Of a stretch of DNA of 64,000 bases, positions 10,153-21,300 are shown piece after piece. This DNA is from Anaerocolumna sp. Its GTDB lineage: Bacteria > Bacillota > Clostridia > Lachnospirales > Lachnospiraceae. The stretch's first letter is position 1, and each line of letters opens with the position of its first letter. The stretch covers positions 8,641-72,640 of the forward strand of contig JAQSXJ010000046.1 in assembly GCA_029256725.1 (NCBI GenBank), written 5' to 3'. Below the pieces are notes generated by a model. That model saw only the letters and a list, made by a program, of their open reading frames with translations. It did not search any database and was not told the DNA's origin. The translations under genes were made by a program, and so were the position numbers.

Positions 10153-11472
10153 ATGAAAATGCAGAAAATGAAAATCACGCAACTTTTAGTATTAATGGTA
10201 TTTTGCTGTGCACTGGTTATAGGGAATCTTACCATGCCTGGAGTTGTAGCTGAAGCAGCCACGAAAAAGACAGCAATAAGCACAACCAGTCTAACAATAC
10301 CGGTTGGCAAAATGACAAACAAAGTATATTATATTAAGAATTACTGGGAAATAGAAAGCCCGCAAAAACTTACAGTTAAAAACGCACTGAAGGGTGCAAC
10401 ATATCAGTTTACCTCCAGTAATACCAAAGTTGTTAAGATAGGTAAAAGCGGTGGAGACCTCACTGGTGTGAAAGCAGGAAGTGCAACAATAACCTGTGTA
10501 CAGACTTACAAAAACAAAAAAACAACAATTGGAAAATGTAAAGTCACAGTAAAAAATGCAACGCTGGTAAGTGATTCCGATAGTGAATTTGCCGTAGGAA
10601 AAGGCGGTTTTGATCTTGCAGGATATTATAGCTCCTCCAGCAGTTTGTATAGTATTGAATACCGCAATCCCAATGCTGTTTATACACTAACTTCAAGCAG
10701 TAATGATTTTACTATAAAAGAAGTGAAATATAGTGCTTCCAATATAAAAGATGTTACAGATAATCAGGAATATCAGGATGTACTGAAAAGCTTTATAGCC
10801 GATCGTTATATTTACGGATATCAGTTCGAGGCAAAAAAAGCCGGTACTTATACCATAACGGTGAAAGAAACTTACAACAAAAAGTCCAGAACTCTTGGAA
10901 GCTTCAAAGTAGTTATAAAAGAGACCAGTGTTACAGAAGGCAAACAGGAAATGTTATTAGGTGATTCCATCAATGCGTTATCATTGGTTAATTATGGGAA
11001 AGAAAATACCGGTTATTATTTTGAGATAAAGGGTTATGATGAAGCAAATCAGGATAACAATGTATTATTATTAAAACAAAACGACAGCAGTTTATATATC
11101 TATGGAAACAAAGCCGGAACCGCAGAAGTTACTGTAAAAGAAGGCTCAGAACAGGGAACCGTTATTGGTACAGTTACTATTGTAGTAGCAGAAGCTCCCT
11201 GCAAGGCAATAACTGTTGAATCGGAAGAAGAATTATCTACTTATATTGGTGATGAATATTTTGAAATTAATTATGAACTGGATCCTTGGGATACAACTGA
11301 TAAGGTTACCATTGAGTCTGATAAACCGGAGGTTTTAAAGGTTGTATATAATGAAGAAGAGGAAAGATGGGTATATACACCACTGAAAGCCGGAAAAGCA
11401 AACATTACCATAAAGTGCGGAAAACAGTCAGCTACAATAAAAGTAGTGGTAACTAAGGAAGAAGAATGGTAA
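10153..11472 (+). CDS. Secreted protein with bacterial Ig-like domains
   Basis: Signal peptide (..AEA|AT); FTSSNTKVVKI..G.LTGVKAGSATIT Big_2-like repeats. Confidence 0.75.
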   Translation: MKMQKMKITQLLVLMVFCCALVIGNLTMPGVVAEAATKKTAISTTSLTIPVGKMTNKVYYIKNYWEIESPQKLTVKNALKGATYQFTSSNTKVVKIGKSGGDLTGVKAGSATITCVQTYKNKKTTIGKCKVTVKNATLVSDSDSEFAVGKGGFDLAGYYSSSSSLYSIEYRNPNAVYTLTSSSNDFTIKEVKYSASNIKDVTDNQEYQDVLKSFIADRYIYGYQFEAKKAGTYTITVKETYNKKSRTLGSFKVVIKETSVTEGKQEMLLGDSINALSLVNYGKENTGYYFEIKGYDEANQDNNVLLLKQNDSSLYIYGNKAGTAEVTVKEGSEQGTVIGTVTIVVAEAPCKAITVESEEELSTYIGDEYFEINYELDPWDTTDKVTIESDKPEVLKVVYNEEEERWVYTPLKAGKANITIKCGKQSATIKVVVTKEEEW

Positions 11473-11513
11473 GATGTTATAAAATTTAATAGGAAGAAAG
11501 AGCTGTCTTAAGA

Positions 11514-11567
11514 TGAACTGACCCCCAAAAGTTAGACCTAAAAAATCTAACGATTGGGAGGTCAGTT
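11514..11567. repeat. Abutted IS3/IS150-like end sequences forming a hairpin (mini-element or terminator)
   Basis: TGAACTGACCCCCAAAAGTTAGA and TCTAACGATTGGGAGGTCAGTT form an imperfect inverted pair followed by a T-run. Confidence 0.55.
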
Positions 11568-11907
11568 TTTTTATGTAATTAATTGTGTACTTTTATATGA
11601 AAGGGCAAATACCGAAAGAGATTATACTATAGTTAAAAGAAGTTCGGGTATAGTAAATTAAGTTTTTATAGAAAGTGTATATTTATATTTTAAAAACCTC
11701 TAAAAAGATCCTAAAAACAAAAATAAATGTCATATTGTTTCTGTAAGTAAAAAACATAAAGTAAATGAAACCTTAGCCAAAGTTAAGTTATGGTATATAA
11801 AAACAGATACAAAAGAATATCATGGCTTCGGTAAATGAGATATTAATTCTTCTTAAAAAATAAGGAGAATTAACATAAAATTATACAATTTGAAAGGGGA
11901 TAAAAAA

Positions 11908-12207
11908 ATGGCAGGAACCATTAGAATTACACCAGAAGACCTAAGAGCAGCAGCAACTTTTATCAAACAGAAACAGGATGCAATGACAGCAGATGCAAAT
12001 GCATTAAATGCAAAAATCAATGAAATTGCAATGAATTGGGAAGGTGCAGCTCAATCTGCATTTATTAGCGGATTCACTTACGACTTATGGCCGGTTCTGG
12101 ACAAGACTATGCCTCAGATTCTTACTGGTATTCAAACGCAGTTAACTGAAACTGCAACTACGTTGGAAGAGACAGATAAGGCAATAGCTGATAGGTTAAA
12201 ATTATAA
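11908..12207 (+). CDS. esxA: WXG100 family type VII secretion protein
   Basis: 99 aa; MAGTIRITPEDL, central WEG motif, C-terminal LEETDKAIA. Confidence 0.9.
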   Translation: MAGTIRITPEDLRAAATFIKQKQDAMTADANALNAKINEIAMNWEGAAQSAFISGFTYDLWPVLDKTMPQILTGIQTQLTETATTLEETDKAIADRLKL

Positions 12208-12225
12208 GAATCCAATTGTAAAGAG

Positions 12226-12281
12226 GCTGCAGTAGGAAGGGGATGGCAACAAATAAATTCCTTTCCTACTGCAGCTTTTTT
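12226..12281 (+). terminator. Rho-independent terminator after esxA
   Basis: GCTGCAGTAGGAAGG...CTTTCCTACTGCAGC followed by T6. Confidence 0.85.
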
Positions 12282-12369
12282 CAGAATTTGCAAAATACTG
12301 TACTGCTATGAAATATGAAATTTAATAGAAGGATTGTAATAAAATATATGTAAATGAAGGAGGAATAAG

Positions 12370-12819
12370 GTGAGTTTTTGGGACTTTTTTGGAAGTAATT
12401 CATCGGTAAATGAACGAAAAAGAGATGAATATAGTAAATTAGTAAAGTATTTAAATAAGAAAATACCAAAAGCGGAAGAGCTTTATAATAATTTAAATAC
12501 AGGCTGCGATACAGAGTTTAAAATAATGGAAGGGAACACCAACGATAAGACTAACTTAAACGGGGTGTTAGTTACCATGTATGACGATAAGTTTAAGATC
12601 TACAGGAATGATACAAAAAATTTACTAACTTATTATAAGAATATAATAGCTTCTTTTCGCAATAAATTATCCGTTGCACAAAGTAAATATGAATATTATG
12701 TTGAACAGTGCAGACTTGATGAAGAAAGAAAGCGTCGAGAAGAACAAGAACGAGCTGAAAGAGAAAGAGAAGAGAGAGATAGGGCAGCAGCGCAAAAAGC
12801 CAAAACAGCGGGAAAATAG
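12370..12819 (+). CDS. Small helical T7SS accessory protein (EsxC-like position)
   Basis: Helical, charged 149-aa protein with a strong RBS; first gene of the operon upstream of the toxin; assignment rests on gene order. Confidence 0.55.
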   Translation: MSFWDFFGSNSSVNERKRDEYSKLVKYLNKKIPKAEELYNNLNTGCDTEFKIMEGNTNDKTNLNGVLVTMYDDKFKIYRNDTKNLLTYYKNIIASFRNKLSVAQSKYEYYVEQCRLDEERKRREEQERAEREREERDRAAAQKAKTAGK

Positions 12820-12852
12820 AGAGTCCGTATAGAATAAAAGGAGGTATTATTC

Positions 12853-13209
12853 ATGGAGAAATTAGTGTTAGACAGAGATAAATTTGAAGAACTTAAGAAC
12901 AATACGTCTCTTATGAACCAAAACTTAATGAAAGCATATCAACTAGGAAAAGAATTTCTTGATATGCTGCTGGTTACAGATCAATGGACTGGTAAGAGCA
13001 AAGAAGAATTCCAAAGTTACCTGCATTTGGTATTGCAATATCATGGACAGCTGATTGGTGAGAAAGTTCCTTCCGTTGGAAAAGTCAAAACCGCGAAAGT
13101 AAAAGGAAATACCTGTGAAGTTGCCCTGGAAACCTTGCAGGAACTTAATAGAAATATGGATCAGTTTACCGGTAACTGTAAATATTACCAGGAATTGGAG
13201 AGGATATAG
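12853..13209 (+). CDS. WXG100-like protein (EsxB-like)
   Basis: 118 aa with central WTG motif; GGAGG RBS. Confidence 0.7.
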   Translation: MEKLVLDRDKFEELKNNTSLMNQNLMKAYQLGKEFLDMLLVTDQWTGKSKEEFQSYLHLVLQYHGQLIGEKVPSVGKVKTAKVKGNTCEVALETLQELNRNMDQFTGNCKYYQELERI

Positions 13210-13210
13210 G

Positions 13211-13858
13211 ATGCTGTTCAAAGAAGAGGAACTCATTTGTTTTAATAGTGTATTAGATGGAAATCGCATATTTGGAACAAGCTTCAGTGCGCCTCAGGAA
13301 GCATCGGAAGACTACATAGAGAATACTCTGAAGCAACTGGGAGAACATAAATTCTTAGATGATAACATGAAACCGACAGAAAGCTTTTGCCTTGCGGTAA
13401 AGGTATTAGAAGAATATAAGAAATCCCAGCGATATCTGATGATGAATAAGATGAATATTGCTTTTTCAAAAGATAAAAAAAATATTATATGTTTATGCAA
13501 AGTGGATAATGGTTATGAAATGACTGTCTTAAAGAAAGAATTGTTCTTATATGAGTACATGAGAAATATCCCCTTTATGGCAGAAGAGGATTCCAAAGAA
13601 CGAAGTTCAGAAAAGAAGGAATTTGATGAATGGTACAAGGATTTGGAGAGCCCGGAATTAAGGAATATAACTTTCATTCAGGAATTTGAGCAGAATAAAT
13701 CGGGCAATACCTATATTTTATACCAGAAAGAGAAACAGGGATATCTCTATGAGCCGGCTGCAAAGCTGATGAAGCAGGGAGGATCACTGCAATTCAGACA
13801 GCTGCTGCTGAATTTATTTCAGATAAACAGTAAGAAGGGAGTACATAATGGATACTAA
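13211..13858 (+). CDS. DUF5081 / EsaE-like T7SS toxin chaperone
   Basis: F..EEL...NSVLDG..IFG, L.....LD..K.T and LEEYKKS.RY..MN.M.IAF resemble the DUF5081 family as recalled; lies between EsxB-like and EsxD-like genes. Confidence 0.65.
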   Translation: MLFKEEELICFNSVLDGNRIFGTSFSAPQEASEDYIENTLKQLGEHKFLDDNMKPTESFCLAVKVLEEYKKSQRYLMMNKMNIAFSKDKKNIICLCKVDNGYEMTVLKKELFLYEYMRNIPFMAEEDSKERSSEKKEFDEWYKDLESPELRNITFIQEFEQNKSGNTYILYQKEKQGYLYEPAAKLMKQGGSLQFRQLLLNLFQINSKKGVHNGY

Positions 13859-14159
13859 CATTAAGATTTCCTATGAAATGATGCAGGAGTTTGACAAGAT
13901 TCTGTTAATGGTTTCTGAATTAGGGGATGCAATGAAGCAAATAGCAAATTCTATTCAATTGCTTGAAGGAGAAGTTTTATATGAAGGAAAAGCAAAAGAA
14001 GAAATGAATGTGTTTTATTTGCGCTGTTACAATCATACCCAGACTCTGATTAATCTGTATGGTAAAGGGTATCAATTTGCAGTTAATGCGATTATAGATA
14101 TGATAGAACAGGATATGATACTGGCAAGAGCCTTGCAGCGGGGAGATGCGAAATGGTAA
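13848..14159 (+). CDS. WXG100-like protein (EsxD-like)
   Basis: 103 aa with YEGKAK in place of WxG; overlaps the toxin start (ATGGTAA). Confidence 0.65.
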   Translation: MDTNIKISYEMMQEFDKILLMVSELGDAMKQIANSIQLLEGEVLYEGKAKEEMNVFYLRCYNHTQTLINLYGKGYQFAVNAIIDMIEQDMILARALQRGDAKW

Positions 14160-15869
14160 GACAACTGGGAAGAGAAGTAATACAGAAATATGCCTGGCTG
14201 GAGAGAGCGAATATTACCATGGGATATTCTGCGAGCCTCCTCTTTGACTTCGCGGATCTGGATGATTTATGCAAGGATATTGAAGAAGAACTGGACTCAC
14301 ACTCCCTGGGAGCAGGATTTTCTTCTCAAGGGCAGCGGATAGATGAATTCGTAGAACATAGAAGTGCGTTGCTAAGCTATATCAGTGATGTATTGTACGA
14401 TATTGATGAATATCTGGAAAATCCGCTCTATAAAGGTTTTAATGATGCCGTAGATAAGATGGCTACCATTGATATGAGAAATGGTAAGACAGATAATACT
14501 CTGGGGTTACAGGAACATACAAATATGTATGTGGGAGGCGGAGTATATGATGAGCTTGAAGGGGATATGACTTCTCTTAACCTGGAGGATTTTCTAGGTA
14601 GCCGTAACAATAATAAAAGTCTCACCAATTATCAGCAAGTAGATGATTTTGCGGATTTATTTGCAGAAGACTATGAAAATATGGTAAATAATGATAAAAT
14701 AGACCCAGGTGAGGTAACCTTGCAGGACTATCTGGACAGCCTTGTATTAAAAGAATTTGCCCATAAAAAAGACTCTCCATTCTGGAAGGAATTATTAGAA
14801 CAGTTAAGTGAAATGACAGTAGTTATTCCTTTTATTGAGGCCACAACCGGTAAAACCCTTATAACAGGAGATTACTTAACGGGTGATGAGCGTACTTTTA
14901 AGGTGGTATCAGGAACAGTAAGTCTGATAACCTTAGGATATGGAGCTGCAATCGCGAAAGGCGGTGGGACTTTAGCTAAAATGTTTGCCGCAGATATCCT
15001 GGCAGAAGCGGTGTCAGGATCAACTGTAATCGTATGTGATAAGGCAGGAGTGCCCTCTACTGTGACGGTTGCTTTGGCGATAATATTAGGCTCAACAACG
15101 GGAGTGATTGCGGATAAAGCATTGTTTAAGAATGGAATTAAGGGAACAAAAAATTGCTTTTAACAATATGAGTAGTGAAGATATATACAATCTTGTGAAA
15201 AATAGTTCTGAATCATGGGCAGTTGAAGGGTATGATTTAATAACGCCAGATAATGCTAAGGATTTTGTTAAAATAATTACTAATTCAACAGGAAAAACTT
15301 CATTTAATCTTGAATGGCCTAAGTATGGTGGGTATGAGCCTATTACAATTTCCAGCATAGATGATTTAAGTGGGAAAATACCTGTAAGTCGAGATGGTGG
15401 TGATGGGGGATATACAATGGGATTTGGAAAAAATAAAGATGGAACATATGCAAACAATTCCCAGAGAGCTATTCCTAAAGGGTCTGCTGATGTAAATACA
15501 GGAACTTTTGATATTGATCTGTATAAATCATCAGTGGATATTGTTACTAGCGAAGGAAGCATGTCTAGCAAGATTCAGAAGTTGATAGAATTAGGAATTG
15601 ACGATGAATTTGCAGAAGATATGATAAAAGATTTTAATAATTGGAAAACGAGACCAGAGATAGCAGGAGAAAACAATATATCTGAGGGTATTGCTTTATC
15701 AAGAAAATCAATAGAGTCAAAATATGGATATTATGGAAATGCCGCAGAATGGAATGTTGGAAATGTAAAGATGAGTGGAGGAGCTGGTCAAATGAATACA
15801 ATTTATAGTTGGGGAACACTTAAGCAATCTGGAATAATATCAGATATAGGAAAGGCTGTAATTAATTAG
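14153..15869 (+). pseudogene. T7SS polymorphic toxin 1 (helical trunk, PT-TG-like motif, TNT-like NAD+ glycohydrolase tip), frameshifted
   Basis: Trunk is paralogous to the ORFs at 36972 and 52253 (EATTGKTLITGDYL); removing one A from the A6 run at 15148-15153 fuses the two ORFs; tip motifs WPKYGG, SRDG, SQRAIP, GNAAEW, GGAGQ. Confidence 0.75.
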
Positions 15870-15884
15870 TATTGGAGGTATGGG

Positions 15885-16238
15885 ATGATGGATAATATGT
15901 TAAATGAAGAAATAGAAATAATAAAAAGTAAATTAAATGAAAATATTGAAGGAAATATGGAGGTATATCAAAATTTTCATGTTGGAGAGTTCTTAGAAAT
16001 ACCAAATCAGTGCGGATGTTTTAAAAGAAACTCAAGTTGGTATACATATGTAACAGATGAAAAAAATTTTTGTACTTTCTCTGGACCATTTAGTTTAAAG
16101 GGAATAATATATGCATGCTCAAAACTATTGCATATTTCTAAAAAATTTAATAAATATAGATTTACAAAGGAAGAGCTTGAAATATATATAAATAATAATT
16201 TTCATTCGTTTAATGAGATAGACAATAATATTAAGTGA
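15885..16238 (+). CDS. Immunity protein for toxin 1 (Imm59-like)
   Basis: Small gene directly after the toxin; NQCG..K....WYTYVTDEK resembles Imm59. Confidence 0.6.
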   Translation: MMDNMLNEEIEIIKSKLNENIEGNMEVYQNFHVGEFLEIPNQCGCFKRNSSWYTYVTDEKNFCTFSGPFSLKGIIYACSKLLHISKKFNKYRFTKEELEIYINNNFHSFNEIDNNIK

Positions 16239-16540
16239 TTTTATTTATTATCATGGTTCTAATGTCATAAGTGGAAAATTGATAAAATTTGTCTTAAGAA
16301 ATATACAGATAAGACATTACATAACAGATAGGCTATGTAATGTCTTTATATTGTAATTAAGCAGTCGATTTAAATTCGCCATTGCATAATCTGCAGAAAA
16401 TAACATTGCACAGTGAGAAAATTTTGACATAATATGTATATAATGCTATAATATGTATTAATATATAAAAATCTGTATATGAAAATTCATATACAAGTAA
16501 AGCAATCAACTCGTAAACATTTTACCAGGGGAGTAAATTT

Positions 16541-17947
16541 ATGATGAAAAAACGATATACCATTAGTATCTTTGTTTTTACAATGCTTTTCTTAATCGGA
16601 TTTATATTTACAAATCAATCGCTTACGGCATCTGCTTCAACAAAATCTACTGCAATCTCATTGAATACTGCAAGTACATACTTGACAAAAGGTGAAACTA
16701 CAACCTTAAAAATATCAGGAACATCCAAGAAAATCACCTGGACTTCTACAAATAAAAATATTGCAACAGTTACAAATTCAGGAAAAGTAACGGCTGTAGG
16801 TTATGGTAGCACCTTTATTAATGCTTCCGTAAATAATAAAAGTTATAAATGTAAAATAACTGTAATAAATCCTGCGAAGATTGCTTTTGAACCTGCATAT
16901 ACTACTGTATTTGTCAGTGGAACAGAAGTAAGTCTGAATCCCGTATCTGACACCTACACTGCAGCCGAGTTGAAAAAGTTAGGGATCAACTATAAAGTTA
17001 CCGGTAACTCAACTGTAAAAATCAGCAGTACAGGACTGGTTACAGCTGCTTCAGCGGGAGAATTTGAAATTATTGCCTCTGTACATGGTAAAAAGATTCA
17101 GACTATTGCTATGAATGCGGTTGCTTATGATGGATTTACGGTTCCGGATTTATGGCTTGAGACAAATATTGAGGAATACGTAGGTTTTGCAAAAGATATA
17201 CTGCCGCTTATGAAGGATGTTGAAATTATCTCAACAAATGATGAAATTGCGGTAGCAGAAAAAAGTTATCATATAGACCTAAACAGTAATTATAAGCGCT
17301 GCGAAGGTATCTATGTAAGAGGAATAAAAGAAGGAACCTGCTATATAAAAGTTACTGTTGCAGGTATTACAAAAGAATTAAAAGTTGTTGTCGGAGATGG
17401 ATATGAAAAACTGGATCCCGTTGATGCAATCAAAAACAATGATCTGAGTGGTTATACAGGGAAAGAATTAATTACGCTGACAGCTGTCAGAAAGTTATTA
17501 GAGGATAATAACCTGTTTTCTGTAACTCTAAGTGACAGAGAAAAAGTTAAGATCCTACAGACTTATTTGAACTCAACTTATACCGGCAAATTTGTCGATG
17601 ATACTTATACGGATCTTATATCAGGTGTTATATTGACTGGCAGCGGAGTATGTGCCTCCTATGCAGAAACCTTTAGTTTCCTTTCTGAATGTATTGGAAT
17701 AGAAGTATATTATTGTATTGGAAGTGCAGATAACCGAAGCGGAATTGGATTCGCAGGCCATGCATGGAATAAGGTAAAGCTTGATGGAACCTGGTATTAT
17801 ATAGATCCTTACTGGAACGCAGGACTTAACAGTTTTAAATATTTCTTATCGGAAAATCTTTGGGAGGATCATAGATTAATTGAAGAAGGGTATTTTTCTG
17901 TAATTATGAATAGTGGAGTACCACCATACAGTAATTCCTTGGAATAA
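16541..17947 (+). CDS. Secreted Ig-like domain plus transglutaminase-like (Cys-His-Asp) protein
   Basis: Signal peptide; WTSTNKNIATV Big_2 repeat; GVCASYA, GHAWN, WYYIDPYW triad. Confidence 0.85.
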   Translation: MMKKRYTISIFVFTMLFLIGFIFTNQSLTASASTKSTAISLNTASTYLTKGETTTLKISGTSKKITWTSTNKNIATVTNSGKVTAVGYGSTFINASVNNKSYKCKITVINPAKIAFEPAYTTVFVSGTEVSLNPVSDTYTAAELKKLGINYKVTGNSTVKISSTGLVTAASAGEFEIIASVHGKKIQTIAMNAVAYDGFTVPDLWLETNIEEYVGFAKDILPLMKDVEIISTNDEIAVAEKSYHIDLNSNYKRCEGIYVRGIKEGTCYIKVTVAGITKELKVVVGDGYEKLDPVDAIKNNDLSGYTGKELITLTAVRKLLEDNNLFSVTLSDREKVKILQTYLNSTYTGKFVDDTYTDLISGVILTGSGVCASYAETFSFLSECIGIEVYYCIGSADNRSGIGFAGHAWNKVKLDGTWYYIDPYWNAGLNSFKYFLSENLWEDHRLIEEGYFSVIMNSGVPPYSNSLE

Positions 17948-18304
17948 AAAGTTAACAAAATATAAACAGCTTTATAAATGTAGTTGTAGGATAAGTTCTC
18001 GCGAATAGAGAATTAACAAAACATAAACGGCTCCCTGATTTTTGGGAGCTGTTTTTCTTATTAAAAATGAGTTAGAAAGCGGTATTTTCATAATCTCAGT
18101 TCAACTAGAAGAAATAACTATTGTAATAGATAAGCTATTCTCTTCCTGAGATATATATTTTATCCCGGAGGGTGTACATTATATAGAAAAGAAATTTTCT
18201 GCAAAAAAATGTAAATAAACACCTTAATCTAAAATTTTCCATCATATTATATCTGAGAAATACTTTCAATTAAGAAACAGATTCATAAGAGGGGAGATTA
18301 AAAA

Positions 18305-21300
18305 ATGTTTCATAATTTCAAAGTAGTTTTAAGAAAGATATTAGGTGTTAAATGCAATAGCAGGAAATTAAAGATTTTTTTAATTGGAGTAGTATTCCTA
18401 TGCTGTTTTTCCGGTTTTTTGATATGTAAAAATATCAATGCATACAGTGATGACGGTTATGCGATCGGTTCTAGCGGTAGTGCAGTGCTTCCGCATACTA
18501 CAAGCGGAAATATTGATATCTGGCCCATAACAGAACCAGTGTTTATTGTGCAGTTATATCCTAAAATAGATGGAATGAGTACAGATAACGGTTCTTACGA
18601 TGGGCTGGTTGAATCCATTAAGACAGTGATACCTTATGCTTCTGAGGATGCTATGTGGCTTTGCTCCAATCTTCTATCCGAGTATATGATTCGTCATAAT
18701 TTCCATACCAGTGAGCAGGTATATTTTGCAAGAAAAACGAGTTTATCCTTAACCCAGCTGAATCTTGCTGGCGGAAGGAGTAATTTAGATGCCTTAGGAA
18801 GAATTAAATATTTGTCAAAAAATAAAAATACAACCTTTGGCGATAATATTAATCAGGGGGTTTTCTATAAAGAAATCCTGGATTTATTTATAGCCAATAA
18901 CCGGAGCATGGCTTTGCTGGCGAAAGACAGTGAGTTTTTAAAGTTCCTAAATACTGACGATGAATCAAAGATAACTAATTCCTTAGAGTTATGGTCCTAT
19001 ATAACAGATGTCAAAGTAAATGTGATAGGAAATAGTAGTGAGTATAAAATTTATATTAAGGAAAAGATTGACGAATTCCTGCATGTTAAGGAACTTTATG
19101 ATGCTGGGCTGGATTTTAATAAATGGAATGAATCAAGTACATCCAGATTTACAACGAATGGATATACGATTACGGCAGCTGACTGTTTTAATTTGCGATA
19201 TCTGGATTTATTGATGACCCTGAATATAATATCAAATAACAAAACCTATTGGTCTGACGGGATAAAAAGTTTCTTAACAGATAATAACGGAAGTGCAAAT
19301 ATTTCCATAACACAGGGAATAATAGGAAGATTTGATAGTGTAAGTACCGAAGGGGGTAATGTTAAACCGGCAACTGTTTTTATGTCCTGTAATGACTTGA
19401 CACAGGATGCATACCGAGTACAGAAAAACTATAATTTATCCGATTTGATTCCATCAAAAACTGTTTATGACAGTACAAATAATACGGATTATATCAATCG
19501 GTTGAAAGCAGCAGTAAGCTTGTCAGAATCAAAGACATATTATACGGATTCGATTTATTCCTCAAATATTATAAGCAGAATTATAGCCGAAAGAGTGAGG
19601 TACGTTGAAAATAATAGTCTGATTTGGGGAAGCTCAAATAATCCGTTGAATCTGAGTGGTTTCTTAAATTTTAAATTTAAAGGTGATACCTGGGATGGGA
19701 CTAACTGGGTTCTTGAACCGCCTATAACCACTCTTGCTATAAATTATCAGGCAATTCTGATGTATAACTCAAAAGACCTGGATAAAATTAATAAAAAAGT
19801 TAAGAAAGAGTATAAAAAGGATAATAGCATAATTGACTTAATAAAATATTATGTCGATAAAAGGGCGCAGCAACAACTCACAGTTATTACGGATGACGAT
19901 GTTAACTTACAGGTAACGTTAAAGGCACTTACATCACAGGGAAATAGTCCGGGACAGGAAAATGCCATTGATGAGTGGACTACGTTTATAAAAAAGAACA
20001 ATGTTTCGGAATTAAGATTACTAATCAAACTAAGCAGAAACTTTAATGGTACAGCATTTACCAGTATTCCAATTGAAGGCAGAGATTTTAAGCAAAAATA
20101 TACCAATAATGTTGAATGGGGTACTTCTACAGATTGGGAAACAGTTACTGCAGAAAAATTTTTGGAACTGTTACGGGGGAAAATTCCACTTGGCCAATGG
20201 TCTGATGATACTATTAGTAAATTGAAAGTATCAGACAAGGAAGAAAAGGATATTGTTTATTCAGCGAAAGTCTATATCCAATACAAAGCAACTGATAAAA
20301 AATGGTATTACACCACTGGAAAAGCGGATGAAACTGCAGAAAAGGATCTTATTGAAGCGGAAGGATTCCGGTATACTTAAACTACCCCAGCAGCAGCTGG
20401 CATTCAGAGGAGCCGGCATTAGCTTATGCAGAATTAAAAGAAGGCTCCATCTACAATGAAACCTTTGAAGCAATGGCTGGGGTTCCTTCTACCAGAACTC
20501 TGTATTTTTCTTCCGGCGGTAACGAGTTTATGGTAGATTTAAGGGTGGATTACGAACCAGATAGAACGGCAACAAGAGAATATATCAGCCATTATAACGG
20601 AACTGAATGTGAATATAAGGAGAATGACCAGTTAAAAGGAGGAACCGGGCTCTATACCAAAACAGAGACTTTCGTGGGGGATAACTCAGGTAAAACAATT
20701 AGTAAAAATGTTGTTGCCGAATCCTCTAAAATAGTTGAGCCTACCGGAAGCAAAACTAAGAATATAACCGTCAACAATCATACAAGTAATACAGATTTAT
20801 GGGCGGAATGGAGAGGAACCATTGGAAACGGTACTCAGGAACCTGCGGATATCGGTAAATTCGATCCGGGTAAACCGGGAACTCCCTGCGCAGGCCTTGG
20901 TTTTGATCCGGGAACCTTAAGAACCAAAGCCGAACCCAGTACCATCTGGGACGTTGATACCTATAATCAGGATCTGAATCAGGCTATCATCTGGGCAAAA
21001 GCAATGGAAGCAACCAACAGCACTTACACTGTGCAAAAGATTGCGGACAGTGATGGACAGACCAGACAATATCAGGTTGGAAATGCGGTAATAACCGTTA
21101 CCCTGAACGGAGGCGATAACAGTTATACGAATACTACCCAAAGAAGTTACGGCGGAGGAACCTATACCTCTACCGGTGCTACAGGAGCTTCCTTAACCAG
21201 TTCTGATAAAGGAAGATTGGGCAGTGGTTGGGGGTGGAATGCCGGTAAATTAGGTGTAGGAAGCGGTTACTCCGATTGCGGTCATGGACACAATGCATCC

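Noticed and set aside
15100-15160. IS110 junction motif in toxin 1
   Set aside because: No TGAGGGTT here and the preceding linker is absent, so toxin 1 is not counted as a target.
20340-20473. Programmed -1 ribosomal frameshift joining the two halves of giant protein A
   Set aside because: No obvious slippery heptamer, and about 30-35 codons present in paralog B are missing here, so a deletion is more likely.
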